64,000 nucleotides of DNA, taken from the NCBI RefSeq assembly GCF_003334405.1, contig NZ_QOWM01000003.1; one strand, written 5' to 3'. A program made the translations under genes and the position numbers. This stretch comes from Escherichia coli (GTDB lineage Bacteria > Pseudomonadota > Gammaproteobacteria > Enterobacterales > Enterobacteriaceae). The notes beneath the pieces were generated by a model. The model was not told where the DNA came from. It searched no databases and was given only the letters and a program-made list of their open reading frames with translations. Shown piece after piece: positions 1 through 10,737 of this stretch. Numbering within the stretch: the stretch's first letter is position 1; each line of letters begins with the position of its first letter.

Positions 1-1491
1 CCGCATGTAGCAGTATTAAGCCAGGTCCAACAGTTTCTCGATCGTCAACACGGTCTTTATATTGATGGTCGTCCTGGCCCCGCACAAAGTGAAAAACGGT
101 TGGCGATCTTTGATCCGGCCACCGGGCAAGAAATTGCGTCTACTGCTGATGCCAACGAAGCGGATGTAGATAACGCAGTCATGTCTGCCTGGCGGGCCTT
201 TGTCTCGCGTCGCTGGGCCGGGCGATTACCCGCAGAGCGTGAACGTATTCTGCTACGTTTTGCTGATCTGGTGGAGCAGCACAGTGAGGAGCTGGCGCAA
301 CTGGAAACCCTGGAGCAAGGCAAGTCAATTGCCATTTCCCGTGCTTTTGAAGTGGGCTGTACGCTGAACTGGATGCGTTATACCGCCGGGTTAACGACCA
401 AAATCGCGGGTAAAACGCTGGACTTGTCGATTCCCTTACCCCAGGGGGCGCGTTATCAGGCCTGGACGCGTAAAGAGCCGGTTGGCGTAGTGGCGGGAAT
501 TGTGCCATGGAACTTTCCGTTGATGATTGGTATGTGGAAGGTGATGCCAGCACTGGCAGCAGGCTGTTCAATCGTGATTAAGCCTTCGGAAACCACGCCA
601 CTGACGATGTTGCGCGTGGCGGAACTGGCCAGCGAGGCTGGTATCCCTGATGGCGTTTTTAATGTCGTCACCGGGTCAGGTGCTGTATGCGGCGCGGCCC
701 TGACGTCACATCCTCATGTTGCGAAAATCAGTTTTACCGGTTCAACCGCGACGGGAAAAGGTATTGCCAGAACTGCTGCTGATCACTTAACGCGTGTAAC
801 GCTGGAACTGGGCGGTAAAAACCCGGCAATTGTATTAAAAGATGCTGATCCGCAATGGGTTATTGAAGGCTTGATGACCGGAAGCTTCCTGAATCAAGGG
901 CAAGTATGCGCCGCCAGTTCGCGAATTTATATTGAAGCGCCGTTGTTTGACACGCTGGTTAGTGGATTTGAGCAGGCGGTAAAATCGTTGCAAGTGGGAC
1001 CGGGGATGTCACCTGTTGCACAGATTAACCCTTTGGTTTCTCGTGCGCACTGCGACAAAGTGTGTTCATTCCTCGACGATGCGCAGGCACAGCAAGCAGA
1101 GCTGATTCGCGGGTCGAATGGACCAGCCGGAGAGGGGTATTATGTTGCGCCAACGCTGGTGGTAAATCCCGATGCTAAATTGCGCTTAACTCGTGAAGAG
1201 GTGTTTGGTCCGGTGGTAAACCTGGTGCGAGTAGCGGATGGAGAAGAGGCGTTACAACTGGCAAACGACACGGAATATGGCTTAACTGCCAGTGTCTGGA
1301 CGCAAAATCTCTCCCAGGCTCTGGAATATAGCGATCGCTTACAGGCAGGGACGGTGTGGGTAAACAGCCATACCTTAATTGACGCTAACTTACCGTTTGG
1401 TGGGATGAAGCAGTCAGGAACGGGCCGTGATTTTGGCCCCGACTGGCTGGACGGTTGGTGTGAAACTAAGTCGGTGTGTGTACGGTATTAA
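1..1491 (+). CDS. feaB: phenylacetaldehyde dehydrogenase, 5'-partial (true start a few codons upstream of the window)
   Basis: Frame is open from nt 1 ([25 protein letters not shown]...); ALDH signatures ELGGKNP and catalytic-Cys GQVCAA; the ORF-track Met at 100 is internal; stop TAA 1489-1491. Confidence 0.9.
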
Positions 1492-1510
1492 TCTGGTTCG
1501 CTCATAAGTA

Positions 1511-1537
1511 AAAAACGGCACCTGGTGCCGTTTTTTT
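1511..1537. terminator. bidirectional rho-independent terminator between convergent feaB and tynA
   Basis: aaaaaACGGCACC-tGGTGCCGttttttt: GC stem flanked by an A-run and a T-run. Confidence 0.6.
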
Positions 1538-1548
1538 GTCTGAAACAA

Positions 1549-3822
1549 TCACTTATCTTTCTTCAGCGCCCCTAGCGTTGGCGTTTCGTCAAAGAAGTTC
1601 CATGGTTTCAGCAGAGTATGTACCCATTCGGTCGGCATAATCGGCCACTCTTCGGCGCGGGCCACATGTGTGGTGCCGGTGGTCATCCAGACAACGGCGT
1701 CGGTGTTGTCCAGCGACTCGTTATCCTTACTGTATTGTCCAAGACCGGTGTCATGAGTAGAACGGTTCGGATATTTGCCTTCCGGGAAACGCTCGCCAGG
1801 ATGATAACGCGTTACCCAGAGCTGCTTGTCCATAAAGCTTAAACGATGATAGATCCACTCGTCCGGCGCGAACTGGGCACCTTTTGCTACCGGGTGAGTA
1901 CCACCTGCATAAGGAATAATTTGATAGGAAACCGGATTGCCCATGCGGTTCTCTTTGTTCGGGTTACTCAACAGACGAATCGTGCCCGGATCAAATTTCT
2001 GTGCGGCATCCTGTTCATTGCCGATGTTGTACTGATTAACTTGCATGGTACTGGTGCGTGGGCCACCGGCAGTATTCGGTTTTACCACTGGGTCCATCGC
2101 CACCGGGCTGTTATTCTCGCCATCTACATCCAGATCGAGGAGGAAATTATAAATATGTTGGTGTGTAGTACCCACGATATTGTGATCGATAAGCGTGCCG
2201 TAGCGCGTGTCATCTTTCGCCGTCTCATCGTGCATGGTTTTCGCTTTAACACCTTTCACCGCTTCGATGCCCGTAGCACCGGCATCGATGCCAATAGTGC
2301 CGTTTTCATGGAAGATCCAGTCAAAAATGTAGTCATAGTTACCCACTGTACTGATCCAGCGCACCACTAACTCCCGGCGTTCGGTACTGACGTTGGGCTG
2401 GCCCATTTCCTGATGCTTATACTCCGGCCCGGCATAACGTTCAAATACCGCGATAGCGCGAGGGATCTCCATCGGCACGCCAGTGTAGTCGGCGATGGTT
2501 TCATTAAGGAGCACTGCGTTAGACGGGGCATCTTTACCACGAGCAATTGGTGAGGTTAGCGTGCCCATACCGTAGTCACCAGAGTCCAGATACGCTTTAA
2601 AGTACCAGCCAATATCAGGATCACCGTAAGGCACAATCATGCCGCCGAGAGAACCTTCGTACATGACTTTGCGTTTGGTGCCATTGTCGTTATAAGTCAC
2701 GGTGGAGATCATCGGCCCGACGCGAGAGTTCATGCTGAGGTGAAAATCCCAGTTCCGCCAGTGAATCATATCGCCAGTAATGGTGTAATTTTTACCTTCA
2801 GGCTCAATGATTTGCATAGGCTTAACTGCCGGAGCAACGCGGTCACGGCCATCAAATGGGCGTGCGGTCATTGGCACCGGAACTACCGGACCTTCTTCAA
2901 TCTTAACGATTTTTTTCTGTTCTAAATCAACGACCGCCACCAGGTTTTCGATGGGATGTGCCCAGTAGTTGCCATCACCGACATCAAGATAGCTGATGAC
3001 TTTGAGCAACCGGGCATCTTGTTTCAGGCCATCTTTACCATCGAAATAACCTACGGTCAGCGGCGTGGTAATCACTTTTTTCGCATCAGTAATACCGCGT
3101 TTCTTCACGGCAGCGGCAAATTCTTCACTGTTGTTAATAATGTTCTGCACACTGGCGAAATCATCCAGCAACACCATACCGTGGGCGTCTTTAATGGGTT
3201 GCCAGGAGAGCAGTTTGTTGTTTTGCAGATCCACCACCGCTTCGATGATATGTTTGCCGTCGAGCATAATGACGTCGGCTTTGCGCGGCTGGTCAACCGG
3301 TTTGTTTTCCAGCGCAAACGCCCAGACAGCTTCTTTATCTGGCGGTAGCAGGGAGATCTCAGTAAAACGGGTATTGGGTTTGAAGTCCGCGGAAGCTTTA
3401 ACAATTTCAACGGCCTGTTTAATTTCGTCCGCAGTTAGCGCATTAAGTGGGTGAGGGCGCTTTTCTACCTGAAAGGTTTGATCCAGCCCGGACTGGAAAA
3501 CATCGTTAATAAAGGTGTCAGAAACCCAGGCTTTATTGTCTTTCATCACTACCGGTACTTGCAGTGCCAGAGGCTGACCATTAACAATTGCTGTTTGCGC
3601 ACCAGGCTTCACTTTCACGTACGCGCCATCTTTAATCAGGGTAAAGAGCTGGGCGTAGTCGTCCCACTGCACATCGGCACCAAATTCTTTAAGCGTTTTA
3701 TCCATTGGCACCATATGCGCTTCACCACCGTGGGCAAATACCGGCGCTTGCCAGGCGAAACTTAAGGCGACTGCCAACGCCAGGGTTGTTTTACGGGCAG
3801 AATACAGAGAGGGGCTTCCCAT
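1549..3822 (-). CDS. tynA: copper-containing primary amine oxidase (periplasmic)
   Basis: 769-aa ORF; Met13 gives the 757-aa form starting MGSPSLYSARKTTLALAVALSFAWQAPVFA (signal peptide); amine oxidase homology over full length. Confidence 0.9.
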   Translation of the reverse strand: MGSPSLYSARKTTLALAVALSFAWQAPVFAHGGEAHMVPMDKTLKEFGADVQWDDYAQLFTLIKDGAYVKVKPGAQTAIVNGQPLALQVPVVMKDNKAWVSDTFINDVFQSGLDQTFQVEKRPHPLNALTADEIKQAVEIVKASADFKPNTRFTEISLLPPDKEAVWAFALENKPVDQPRKADVIMLDGKHIIEAVVDLQNNKLLSWQPIKDAHGMVLLDDFASVQNIINNSEEFAAAVKKRGITDAKKVITTPLTVGYFDGKDGLKQDARLLKVISYLDVGDGNYWAHPIENLVAVVDLEQKKIVKIEEGPVVPVPMTARPFDGRDRVAPAVKPMQIIEPEGKNYTITGDMIHWRNWDFHLSMNSRVGPMISTVTYNDNGTKRKVMYEGSLGGMIVPYGDPDIGWYFKAYLDSGDYGMGTLTSPIARGKDAPSNAVLLNETIADYTGVPMEIPRAIAVFERYAGPEYKHQEMGQPNVSTERRELVVRWISTVGNYDYIFDWIFHENGTIGIDAGATGIEAVKGVKAKTMHDETAKDDTRYGTLIDHNIVGTTHQHIYNFLLDLDVDGENNSPVAMDPVVKPNTAGGPRTSTMQVNQYNIGNEQDAAQKFDPGTIRLLSNPNKENRMGNPVSYQIIPYAGGTHPVAKGAQFAPDEWIYHRLSFMDKQLWVTRYHPGERFPEGKYPNRSTHDTGLGQYSKDNESLDNTDAVVWMTTGTTHVARAEEWPIMPTEWVHTLLKPWNFFDETPTLGALKKDK

Positions 3823-4002
3823 TATTAACCTCGTCAGATGTTGTGTTCTTGTTAGCAACCGCGCTCTGTGGGCGGTTTAGTCAGGTTCACATTATCAGTA
3901 CTGATGCAAAGGGGATTGCCTGCACCTGCCAGGTTGTTTGGCAGGTGTGCCAGCTTTTCATACAGTGGATGCCCTGAAAATAGATGTACACATCATGCAT
4001 AA

Positions 4003-4017
4003 TGTGACAACGTCACA
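4003..4017. promoter_or_regulatory. perfect inverted repeat TGTGAC-aac-GTCACA upstream of tynA (candidate operator)
   Basis: 6-bp arms with 3-nt spacer, about 180 bp upstream of the tynA start in the tynA-paaZ intergenic region. Confidence 0.3.
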
Positions 4018-4027
4018 AAACTTAGTG

Positions 4028-4059
4028 AAATAAAAGGGCAACTATTCGCCGTTGCCCTT
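4028..4059 (-). terminator. rho-independent terminator of paaZ
   Basis: AAGGGCAAC / GTTGCCCTT stem directly after the paaZ stop, followed by a U-run on the minus strand (plus-strand gtgaaataaaa). Confidence 0.55.
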
Positions 4060-4069
4060 CATTCACCGA

Positions 4070-6115
4070 TTAATCGACAAAATCACCGTGCTGCCTGGCC
4101 ACCAGCGTCAGAATTGAATACAGCGCCACCGGGGTTTGATGCTGATTGAATACCTCTACAGCCCATTCCACCACACCTGTTGGTTTTTCTTCTGCGCTAC
4201 GCTGTTTTTTCAGCGTCTTGCGCTTACAGGTGAGACGCACCTGGATGGTATCGCCTGGCTTTACGGGTTCGATAAAACGCAAGCTTTCCAGCCCGTAGTT
4301 AGCAATGACCGGACCGACACCGGCATCGACAAACAGACCCGCAGCCGCAGAAAGCACAAAATACCCATGCACCACCCGCTCACCGAAAATAGATTCGGCA
4401 GCAGCAATCTTATCCATATGTGCATAGAAATGATCGCCGCTGAGGCAAGCAAAGTTAACAATATCGGCCTCTGTCATTGTGCGGCGGGGAGTCAACAGGC
4501 TGTCGCCTGGTTGTAGCTCCTCAAAATATTTGCGGAACGGATGAATACGATCTTCTTCGACTTTCGCACCGCGCACCCACTGTTTACTGATAGCGGCAAG
4601 CATCGTCGGACTACCCTGAACAGCGGTTCGCTGCATGTAATGTTTCACCGCTCGTAAACCGCCTAATTCTTCACCGCCTCCTGCGCGACCAGGCCCACCA
4701 TGTACCAGTTGTGGCAGTGGGGAGCCATGCCCGGTGGATTCTTTTGCCGACTCTTCATTGAGGATCTGAATTCGCCCATGCGTACGTGCCGCGTCGGCAA
4801 TAAACTGACGCGCAATTTGCGGATCAGCCGTCACCAGCGTTCCCGCAAGGCTACCGCCGCCTGCACAAGCCAGTTGCAGAGCATGTCGCTGGTTTTGTGC
4901 TGGCATCAGCGTTGCGACAGGGCCAAAGGCTTCTGTTGCATGTACCGCCGGTGTTTCATCCGGCTGCGGACAGTACAATAAGGTTGGCGGGAAGAAGGCA
5001 CCCGCAGCAGATAAATCCGCCTGACCACCGAGGCGAATCTCGCATCCTGCAGCCAGCAATATGTTCACTTTTTCCTGCACATCGGCACGCTGCTCAGCAT
5101 TTACCAGTGCGCCCATTTTCACGCCTTCCTGAGCAGGATCACCGACCACGACTTTCTGTAATCGCGCAACCAGAGCATCACTGACAGCATTAACCAATGC
5201 CTGCGGCACAATAATCCGCCGGATTGCCGTACATTTTTGCCCGGCTTTTGTGGTCATCTCACGCACAACTTCACGAATAAACAGCGCAAACTCCGGTTGA
5301 TCCGGGGTGACATCTTCGCCCAGTACGCAGCAGTTCAGGGAATCAGCTTCCATAGTGAAGGGGATAGATTTGGCGACGATATTTGGCTGAACTCGCAGCA
5401 TCTGTCCGGTCGCCGCTGACCCCGTGAAAGTCACCACATCCTGGCTGTCCAGATGATCCAACAAGTCGCCAGCACTACCGCAGATCAGACTAATTGCGCC
5501 TTCGGGAACAAGACCACTATCGACAATTGATTTCACCATCGCCTGAGTCAGTTGGGCCGTCGCGGTAGCTGGTTTGATGATGGCTGGCATTCCGCCCAGC
5601 CACGTTGGTGCCAGCTTTTCCAGCATTCCCCAGCAGGGGAAGTTAAAGGCGTTAATATGCACTGCCACGCCTGACTTTGAGGTCAGTAAATGGCGCGCGG
5701 CAAATCCACCTTCTTTCGATAAGGGGATCAATTCATCTTCCGGCCACAGCGTATCGTCAGGCAGCTCCCGGCTACCGAGGCTGGCGTAAGTAAATAACGT
5801 CCCAATGCCACCTTCAATATCAACCCAACTGTCTGCCCGCGTTGCGCCTGTTTGCGCAGAAAGAGCATAGAAACGCTCTTTTTCACTCAGCAGATGTTTA
5901 GCGACCGCTTTAAGCATCGCCGCACGTTCGATAAAGGTCATAGCGCGAAGGGCGGGGGCACCTTTTTCAATGGCAAACTGGCGGGCAGCCGCCATATCAA
6001 GACCTTCACTGGTCACTTCCCATAACGCCTCGCCGCTAATAGCGTGGTGAATCAAACGGCTACGGCCCCGGCCAGACTGCCAGGTACCGGATAAGAAACT
6101 GGCTAACTGCTGCAT
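4070..6115 (-). CDS. paaZ: bifunctional oxepin-CoA hydrolase / 3-oxo-5,6-dehydrosuberyl-CoA semialdehyde dehydrogenase
   Basis: 681 aa; N-terminal ALDH domain plus C-terminal MaoC-like hydratase domain; divergent from paaA. Confidence 0.9.
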
Positions 6116-6399
6116 CGCTACTCTCCAGATGTTTCACATTTCTGTTGCTAATAGTTAAATCGCGAATCATAAAAAGCAAGGGATCTTTTAACGAAATGTT
6201 AACTATGCGATCTGTATAGCAACTGCGGAAAACATTAATGCACTGATAAACAATGATTTATAAAAATAGGGTGCGAAATCCGTCACAGTTCAAACATACA
6301 AAATTTGTGATTTTACTTAACTATTGTGTAACTTTCATAAAACAATGTGATTCGTGTTTTTAATTAATTCACGAAAACTGGAATCGTAAAGGTGATGAC
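6116..6399. promoter_or_regulatory. divergent paaZ / paaA control region (Pz/Pa)
   Basis: 284-bp AT-rich intergenic region between divergent paaZ and paaA carrying PaaX-box-like inverted repeats. Confidence 0.6.
6348..6386 (+). promoter_or_regulatory. PaaX operator-like box TGATTC-N27-GAATCG just upstream of paaA
   Basis: Inverted hexamers 6348-6353 and 6381-6386; a second weaker box TGTTTC-N28-GAATCA lies at 6130-6169 on the paaZ side. Confidence 0.5.
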
Positions 6400-7329
6400 G
6401 TGACCCAAGAAGAACGCTTTGAGCAACGGATAGCCCAGGAAACGGCTATCGAGCCACAGGACTGGATGCCCGATGCTTACCGAAAGACATTGATCCGCCA
6501 GATTGGGCAGCATGCGCACTCCGAGATTGTTGGTATGTTGCCTGAAGGTAACTGGATCACTCGCGCACCAACCTTGCGGCGTAAAGCCATTCTGTTGGCC
6601 AAAGTGCAGGATGAAGCCGGTCATGGTCTGTATCTCTATAGCGCCGCCGAAACACTGGGCTGCGCCAGAGAAGACATCTACCAAAAAATGCTCGACGGAC
6701 GGATGAAATATTCCTCCATCTTTAATTATCCGACATTGAGTTGGGCTGATATCGGTGTTATCGGCTGGCTGGTGGATGGCGCAGCGATCGTCAATCAGGT
6801 GGCGTTATGCCGCACTTCTTATGGCCCGTATGCCAGAGCAATGGTGAAAATCTGCAAAGAAGAGAGTTTTCACCAGCGTCAGGGGTTTGAAGCCTGCATG
6901 GCACTGGCGCAGGGCAGCGAAGCTCAAAAGCAGATGTTGCAAGACGCCATTAACCGTTTCTGGTGGCCAGCCTTAATGATGTTCGGGCCAAACGATGATA
7001 ACTCGCCAAACAGCGCCAGAAGTCTCACCTGGAAAATCAAACGTTTCACCAACGACGAACTCCGCCAGCGTTTCGTGGATAACACCGTTCCACAGGTTGA
7101 AATGCTCGGTATGACCGTTCCTGACCCGGATCTGCATTTTGACACTGAAAGCGGTCACTACCGCTTTGGTGAGATCGACTGGCAGGAGTTTAACGAAGTA
7201 ATTAACGGTCGCGGAATTTGTAATCAGGAGAGGCTCGACGCCAAACGTAAAGCCTGGGAAGAAGGTACCTGGGTACGGGAAGCAGCGCTGGCCCATGCAC
7301 AAAAACAACATGCCCGTAAGGTCGCATAA
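6400..7329 (+). CDS. paaA: ring 1,2-phenylacetyl-CoA epoxidase, subunit A
   Basis: 309 aa, GTG start; di-iron oxygenase family; first gene of paaABCDE. Confidence 0.9.
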   Translation: MTQEERFEQRIAQETAIEPQDWMPDAYRKTLIRQIGQHAHSEIVGMLPEGNWITRAPTLRRKAILLAKVQDEAGHGLYLYSAAETLGCAREDIYQKMLDGRMKYSSIFNYPTLSWADIGVIGWLVDGAAIVNQVALCRTSYGPYARAMVKICKEESFHQRQGFEACMALAQGSEAQKQMLQDAINRFWWPALMMFGPNDDNSPNSARSLTWKIKRFTNDELRQRFVDNTVPQVEMLGMTVPDPDLHFDTESGHYRFGEIDWQEFNEVINGRGICNQERLDAKRKAWEEGTWVREAALAHAQKQHARKVA

Positions 7330-7340
7330 GGAGATTCAAA

Positions 7341-7628
7341 ATGAGTAATGTTTACTGGCCGTTATACGAAGTTTTCGTGCGTGGCAAACAGGGCTTATCA
7401 CACCGCCATGTTGGCAGTTTACATGCTGCCGATGAGCGGATGGCACTGGAAAATGCCCGTGATGCTTACACCCGTCGTAGCGAAGGATGTTCAATTTGGG
7501 TGGTGAAGGCGAGTGAAATTGTTGCCTCGCAACCGGAAGAACGCGGTGAATTTTTTGATCCGGCTGAAAGCAAGGTCTATCGCCATCCAACGTTTTACAC
7601 CATCCCTGATGGCATTGAGCACATGTGA
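7341..7628 (+). CDS. paaB: ring 1,2-phenylacetyl-CoA epoxidase, subunit B
   Basis: 95 aa; position and sequence match PaaB. Confidence 0.9.
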   Translation: MSNVYWPLYEVFVRGKQGLSHRHVGSLHAADERMALENARDAYTRRSEGCSIWVVKASEIVASQPEERGEFFDPAESKVYRHPTFYTIPDGIEHM

Positions 7629-7636
7629 GGTCGGAA

Positions 7637-8383
7637 ATGAATCAGTTAACGGCTTACACCTTGCGCCTGGGCGATAACTGCCTGGTGCTCTCCCAGCGGT
7701 TGGGTGAATGGTGCGGTCACGCACCGGAACTGGAAATCGATCTCGCACTGGCAAACATTGGCCTCGATTTATTAGGTCAGGCACGCAACTTCTTATCGTA
7801 TGCCGCTGAATTAGCGGGAGAAGGCGATGAAGATACCCTGGCCTTCACCCGAGACGAGCGCCAGTTCAGCAACTTATTGTTGGTTGAACAACCAAACGGC
7901 AATTTTGCCGACACCATTGCACGCCAGTATTTCATCGATGCATGGCATGTGGCGCTCTTTACCCGTCTGATGGAAAGCCGTGATCCGCAACTGGCGGCGA
8001 TTTCTGCCAAAGCAATTAAAGAAGCGCGCTATCACCTGCGTTTTAGTCGTGGCTGGCTGGAGCGACTGGGCAATGGTACTGACGTATCAGGGCAAAAGAT
8101 GCAGCAGGCCATCAACAAGTTGTGGCGTTTTACCGCCGAACTGTTCGATGCCGACGAGATTGATATTGCACTGAGTGAAGAGGGTATTGCGGTTGATCCA
8201 CGCACTTTACGCGCAGCGTGGGAAGCCGAAGTTTTTGCCGGGATCAACGAAGCCACATTGAACGTACCGCAAGAGCAGGCGTATCGCACTGGCGGTAAAA
8301 AAGGACTGCATACCGAACACCTTGGACCCATGCTGGCAGAAATGCAGTATCTCCAGCGTGTCTTGCCCGGTCAGCAATGGTAA
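7637..8383 (+). CDS. paaC: ring 1,2-phenylacetyl-CoA epoxidase, subunit C
   Basis: ORF-track start 7625 is GTG; first ATG at 7637 gives the 248-aa form (MNQLTAY...). Confidence 0.85.
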   Translation: MNQLTAYTLRLGDNCLVLSQRLGEWCGHAPELEIDLALANIGLDLLGQARNFLSYAAELAGEGDEDTLAFTRDERQFSNLLLVEQPNGNFADTIARQYFIDAWHVALFTRLMESRDPQLAAISAKAIKEARYHLRFSRGWLERLGNGTDVSGQKMQQAINKLWRFTAELFDADEIDIALSEEGIAVDPRTLRAAWEAEVFAGINEATLNVPQEQAYRTGGKKGLHTEHLGPMLAEMQYLQRVLPGQQW

Positions 8384-8397
8384 CAGAGGAGATGGGT

Positions 8398-8895
8398 ATG
8401 CAACGTCTGGCCACCATTGCACCGCCACAGGTTCATGAGATATGGGCGCTACTCAGCCAGATCCCGGACCCGGAGATCCCGGTGCTGACCATTACTGATT
8501 TAGGCATGGTGCGTAATGTGACACAGATGGGAGAAGGATGGGTGATCGGCTTTACGCCGACATATTCCGGTTGTCCGGCAACGGAACATTTGATTGGCGC
8601 GATACGTGAGGCAATGACAACCAACGGGTTTACCCCCGTTCAGGTTGTGCTGCGACTCGACCCGGCATGGACCACCGACTGGATGACCCCCGATGCCCGT
8701 GAGCGTCTGCGAGAGTATGGCATTAGCCCGCCCGCCGGACACAGTTGCCATGCCCATTTGCCGCCAGAAGTACGTTGCCCGCGCTGCGCCAGCGTCCATA
8801 CCACACTTATCAGTGAATTTGGTTCCACGGCCTGCAAAGCATTGTACCGCTGCGATAGTTGCCGCGAACCTTTCGATTATTTCAAATGTATTTGA
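8398..8895 (+). CDS. paaD: phenylacetate degradation protein PaaD (Fe-S assembly-like)
   Basis: 165-aa form from ATG 8398 (MQRLATIAPP...); alternative in-frame ATGs at 8377 and 8392; C-terminal Cys cluster. Confidence 0.8.
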   Translation: MQRLATIAPPQVHEIWALLSQIPDPEIPVLTITDLGMVRNVTQMGEGWVIGFTPTYSGCPATEHLIGAIREAMTTNGFTPVQVVLRLDPAWTTDWMTPDARERLREYGISPPAGHSCHAHLPPEVRCPRCASVHTTLISEFGSTACKALYRCDSCREPFDYFKCI

Positions 8896-8902
8896 GGATG
8901 CC

Positions 8903-9973
8903 ATGACAACGTTTCATTCCTTAACAGTGGCAAAAGTCGAGTCGGAAACCCGTGATGCGGTGACCATTACCTTTGCGGTGCCCCAGCCTTTGCAGGAGGC
9001 GTATCGCTTTCGCCCCGGTCAACATTTGACCTTAAAAGCCAGCTTTGATGGTGAAGAATTACGCCGTTGTTACTCCATTTGCCGCAGCTATCTGCCTGGC
9101 GAAATTAGTGTGGCGGTGAAAGCCATTGAAGGCGGACGTTTCTCCCGCTATGCCCGCGAACACATCCGCCAGGGTATGACGCTGGAGGTCATGGTGCCGC
9201 AGGGGCATTTCGGCTATCAGCCGCAGGCCGAACGCCAGGGGCGCTATCTGGCAATTGCAGCAGGATCAGGTATTACGCCAATGCTGGCGATTATCGCCAC
9301 CACTTTACAAACCGAGCCTGAAAGTCAGTTCACCCTGATCTACGGTAACCGTACCAGCCAGAGCATGATGTTTCGCCAGGCACTGGCAGACCTGAAAGAC
9401 AAATATCCTCAGCGTTTACAGTTGTTGTGCATTTTCAGTCAGGAAACCCTCGACAGCGATCTGCTTCACGGGCGTATTGACGGTGAAAAATTACAGTCAC
9501 TTGGGGCCTCGCTCATTAATTTTCGTCTTTATGATGAGGCATTTATTTGTGGTCCGGCGGCGATGATGGATGACGCGGAAACCGCCTTAAAAGCACTGGG
9601 AATGCCAGATAAAACCATTCATCTGGAGCGGTTTAATACGCCTGGCACGCGCGTCAAACGTAGCGTTAACGTGCAAAGTGACGGACAAAAAGTGACTGTA
9701 CGTCAGGATGGGCGGGATCGGGAAATCGTGCTTAATGCCGACGATGAAAGCATTCTCGATGCGGCATTGCGCCAGGGGGCGGATCTGCCCTATGCCTGCA
9801 AAGGCGGCGTCTGTGCGACCTGCAAATGCAAAGTGCTGCGTGGCAAAGTGGCGATGGAAACCAATTACAGTCTGGAACCGGATGAACTGGCCGCAGGTTA
9901 TGTGTTGAGTTGCCAGGCACTGCCGCTGACCAGCGATGTGGTGGTTGACTTTGACGCGAAGGGGATGGCATGA
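8903..9973 (+). CDS. paaE: ring 1,2-phenylacetyl-CoA epoxidase reductase subunit (ferredoxin-NADPH reductase)
   Basis: 356-aa form from ATG 8903 (MTTFHSLTVAK...); FNR-like domain plus C-terminal 2Fe-2S ferredoxin (CKGGVCATCKC). Confidence 0.9.
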   Translation: MTTFHSLTVAKVESETRDAVTITFAVPQPLQEAYRFRPGQHLTLKASFDGEELRRCYSICRSYLPGEISVAVKAIEGGRFSRYAREHIRQGMTLEVMVPQGHFGYQPQAERQGRYLAIAAGSGITPMLAIIATTLQTEPESQFTLIYGNRTSQSMMFRQALADLKDKYPQRLQLLCIFSQETLDSDLLHGRIDGEKLQSLGASLINFRLYDEAFICGPAAMMDDAETALKALGMPDKTIHLERFNTPGTRVKRSVNVQSDGQKVTVRQDGRDREIVLNADDESILDAALRQGADLPYACKGGVCATCKCKVLRGKVAMETNYSLEPDELAAGYVLSCQALPLTSDVVVDFDAKGMA

Positions 9974-10737
9974 GCGAACTGATCGTCAGCCGTCAGCAAC
10001 GAGTATTGTTGCTGACCCTTAACCGTCCCGCCGCACGTAATGCGCTAAATAATGCCCTGCTGATGCAACTGGTAAATGAACTGGAAGCTGCGGCTACCGA
10101 TACCAGCATTTCGGTCTGTGTGATTACCGGTAATGCACGCTTTTTTGCCGCTGGGGCCGATCTCAACGAAATGGCAGAAAAAGATCTCGCGGCCACCTTA
10201 AACGATACACGTCCGCAGCTATGGGCGCGATTGCAGGCCTTTAATAAACCACTTATCGCAGCCGTCAATGGTTACGCGCTTGGGGCGGGTTGCGAACTGG
10301 CATTGTTGTGCGATGTGGTGGTTGCCGGAGAGAACGCGCGTTTTGGGTTGCCGGAAATCACTCTCGGCATCATGCCTGGCGCAGGCGGAACGCAACGTTT
10401 AATCCGTAGTGTCGGTAAATCGTTAGCCAGCAAAATGGTGCTGAGCGGAGAAAGTATCACCGCTCAGCAAGCACAGCAGGCCGGGCTGGTTAGCGACGTC
10501 TTCCCCAGCGATTTAACCCTCGAATACGCCTTACAGCTGGCATCGAAAATGGCACGTCACTCGCCGCTGGCCTTACAAGCGGCAAAGCAAGCGCTGCGCC
10601 AGTCGCAGGAAGTGGCTTTGCAAGCCGGACTTGCCCAGGAGCGACAGTTATTCACCTTGCTGGCGGCAACAGAAGATCGTCATGAAGGCATCTCCGCTTT
10701 CTTACAAAAACGCACGCCCGACTTTAAAGGACGCTAA
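9970..10737 (+). CDS. paaF: 2,3-dehydroadipyl-CoA hydratase (crotonase family)
   Basis: 255 aa; enoyl-CoA hydratase fold; overlaps paaE stop. Confidence 0.9.
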   Translation: MSELIVSRQQRVLLLTLNRPAARNALNNALLMQLVNELEAAATDTSISVCVITGNARFFAAGADLNEMAEKDLAATLNDTRPQLWARLQAFNKPLIAAVNGYALGAGCELALLCDVVVAGENARFGLPEITLGIMPGAGGTQRLIRSVGKSLASKMVLSGESITAQQAQQAGLVSDVFPSDLTLEYALQLASKMARHSPLALQAAKQALRQSQEVALQAGLAQERQLFTLLAATEDRHEGISAFLQKRTPDFKGR

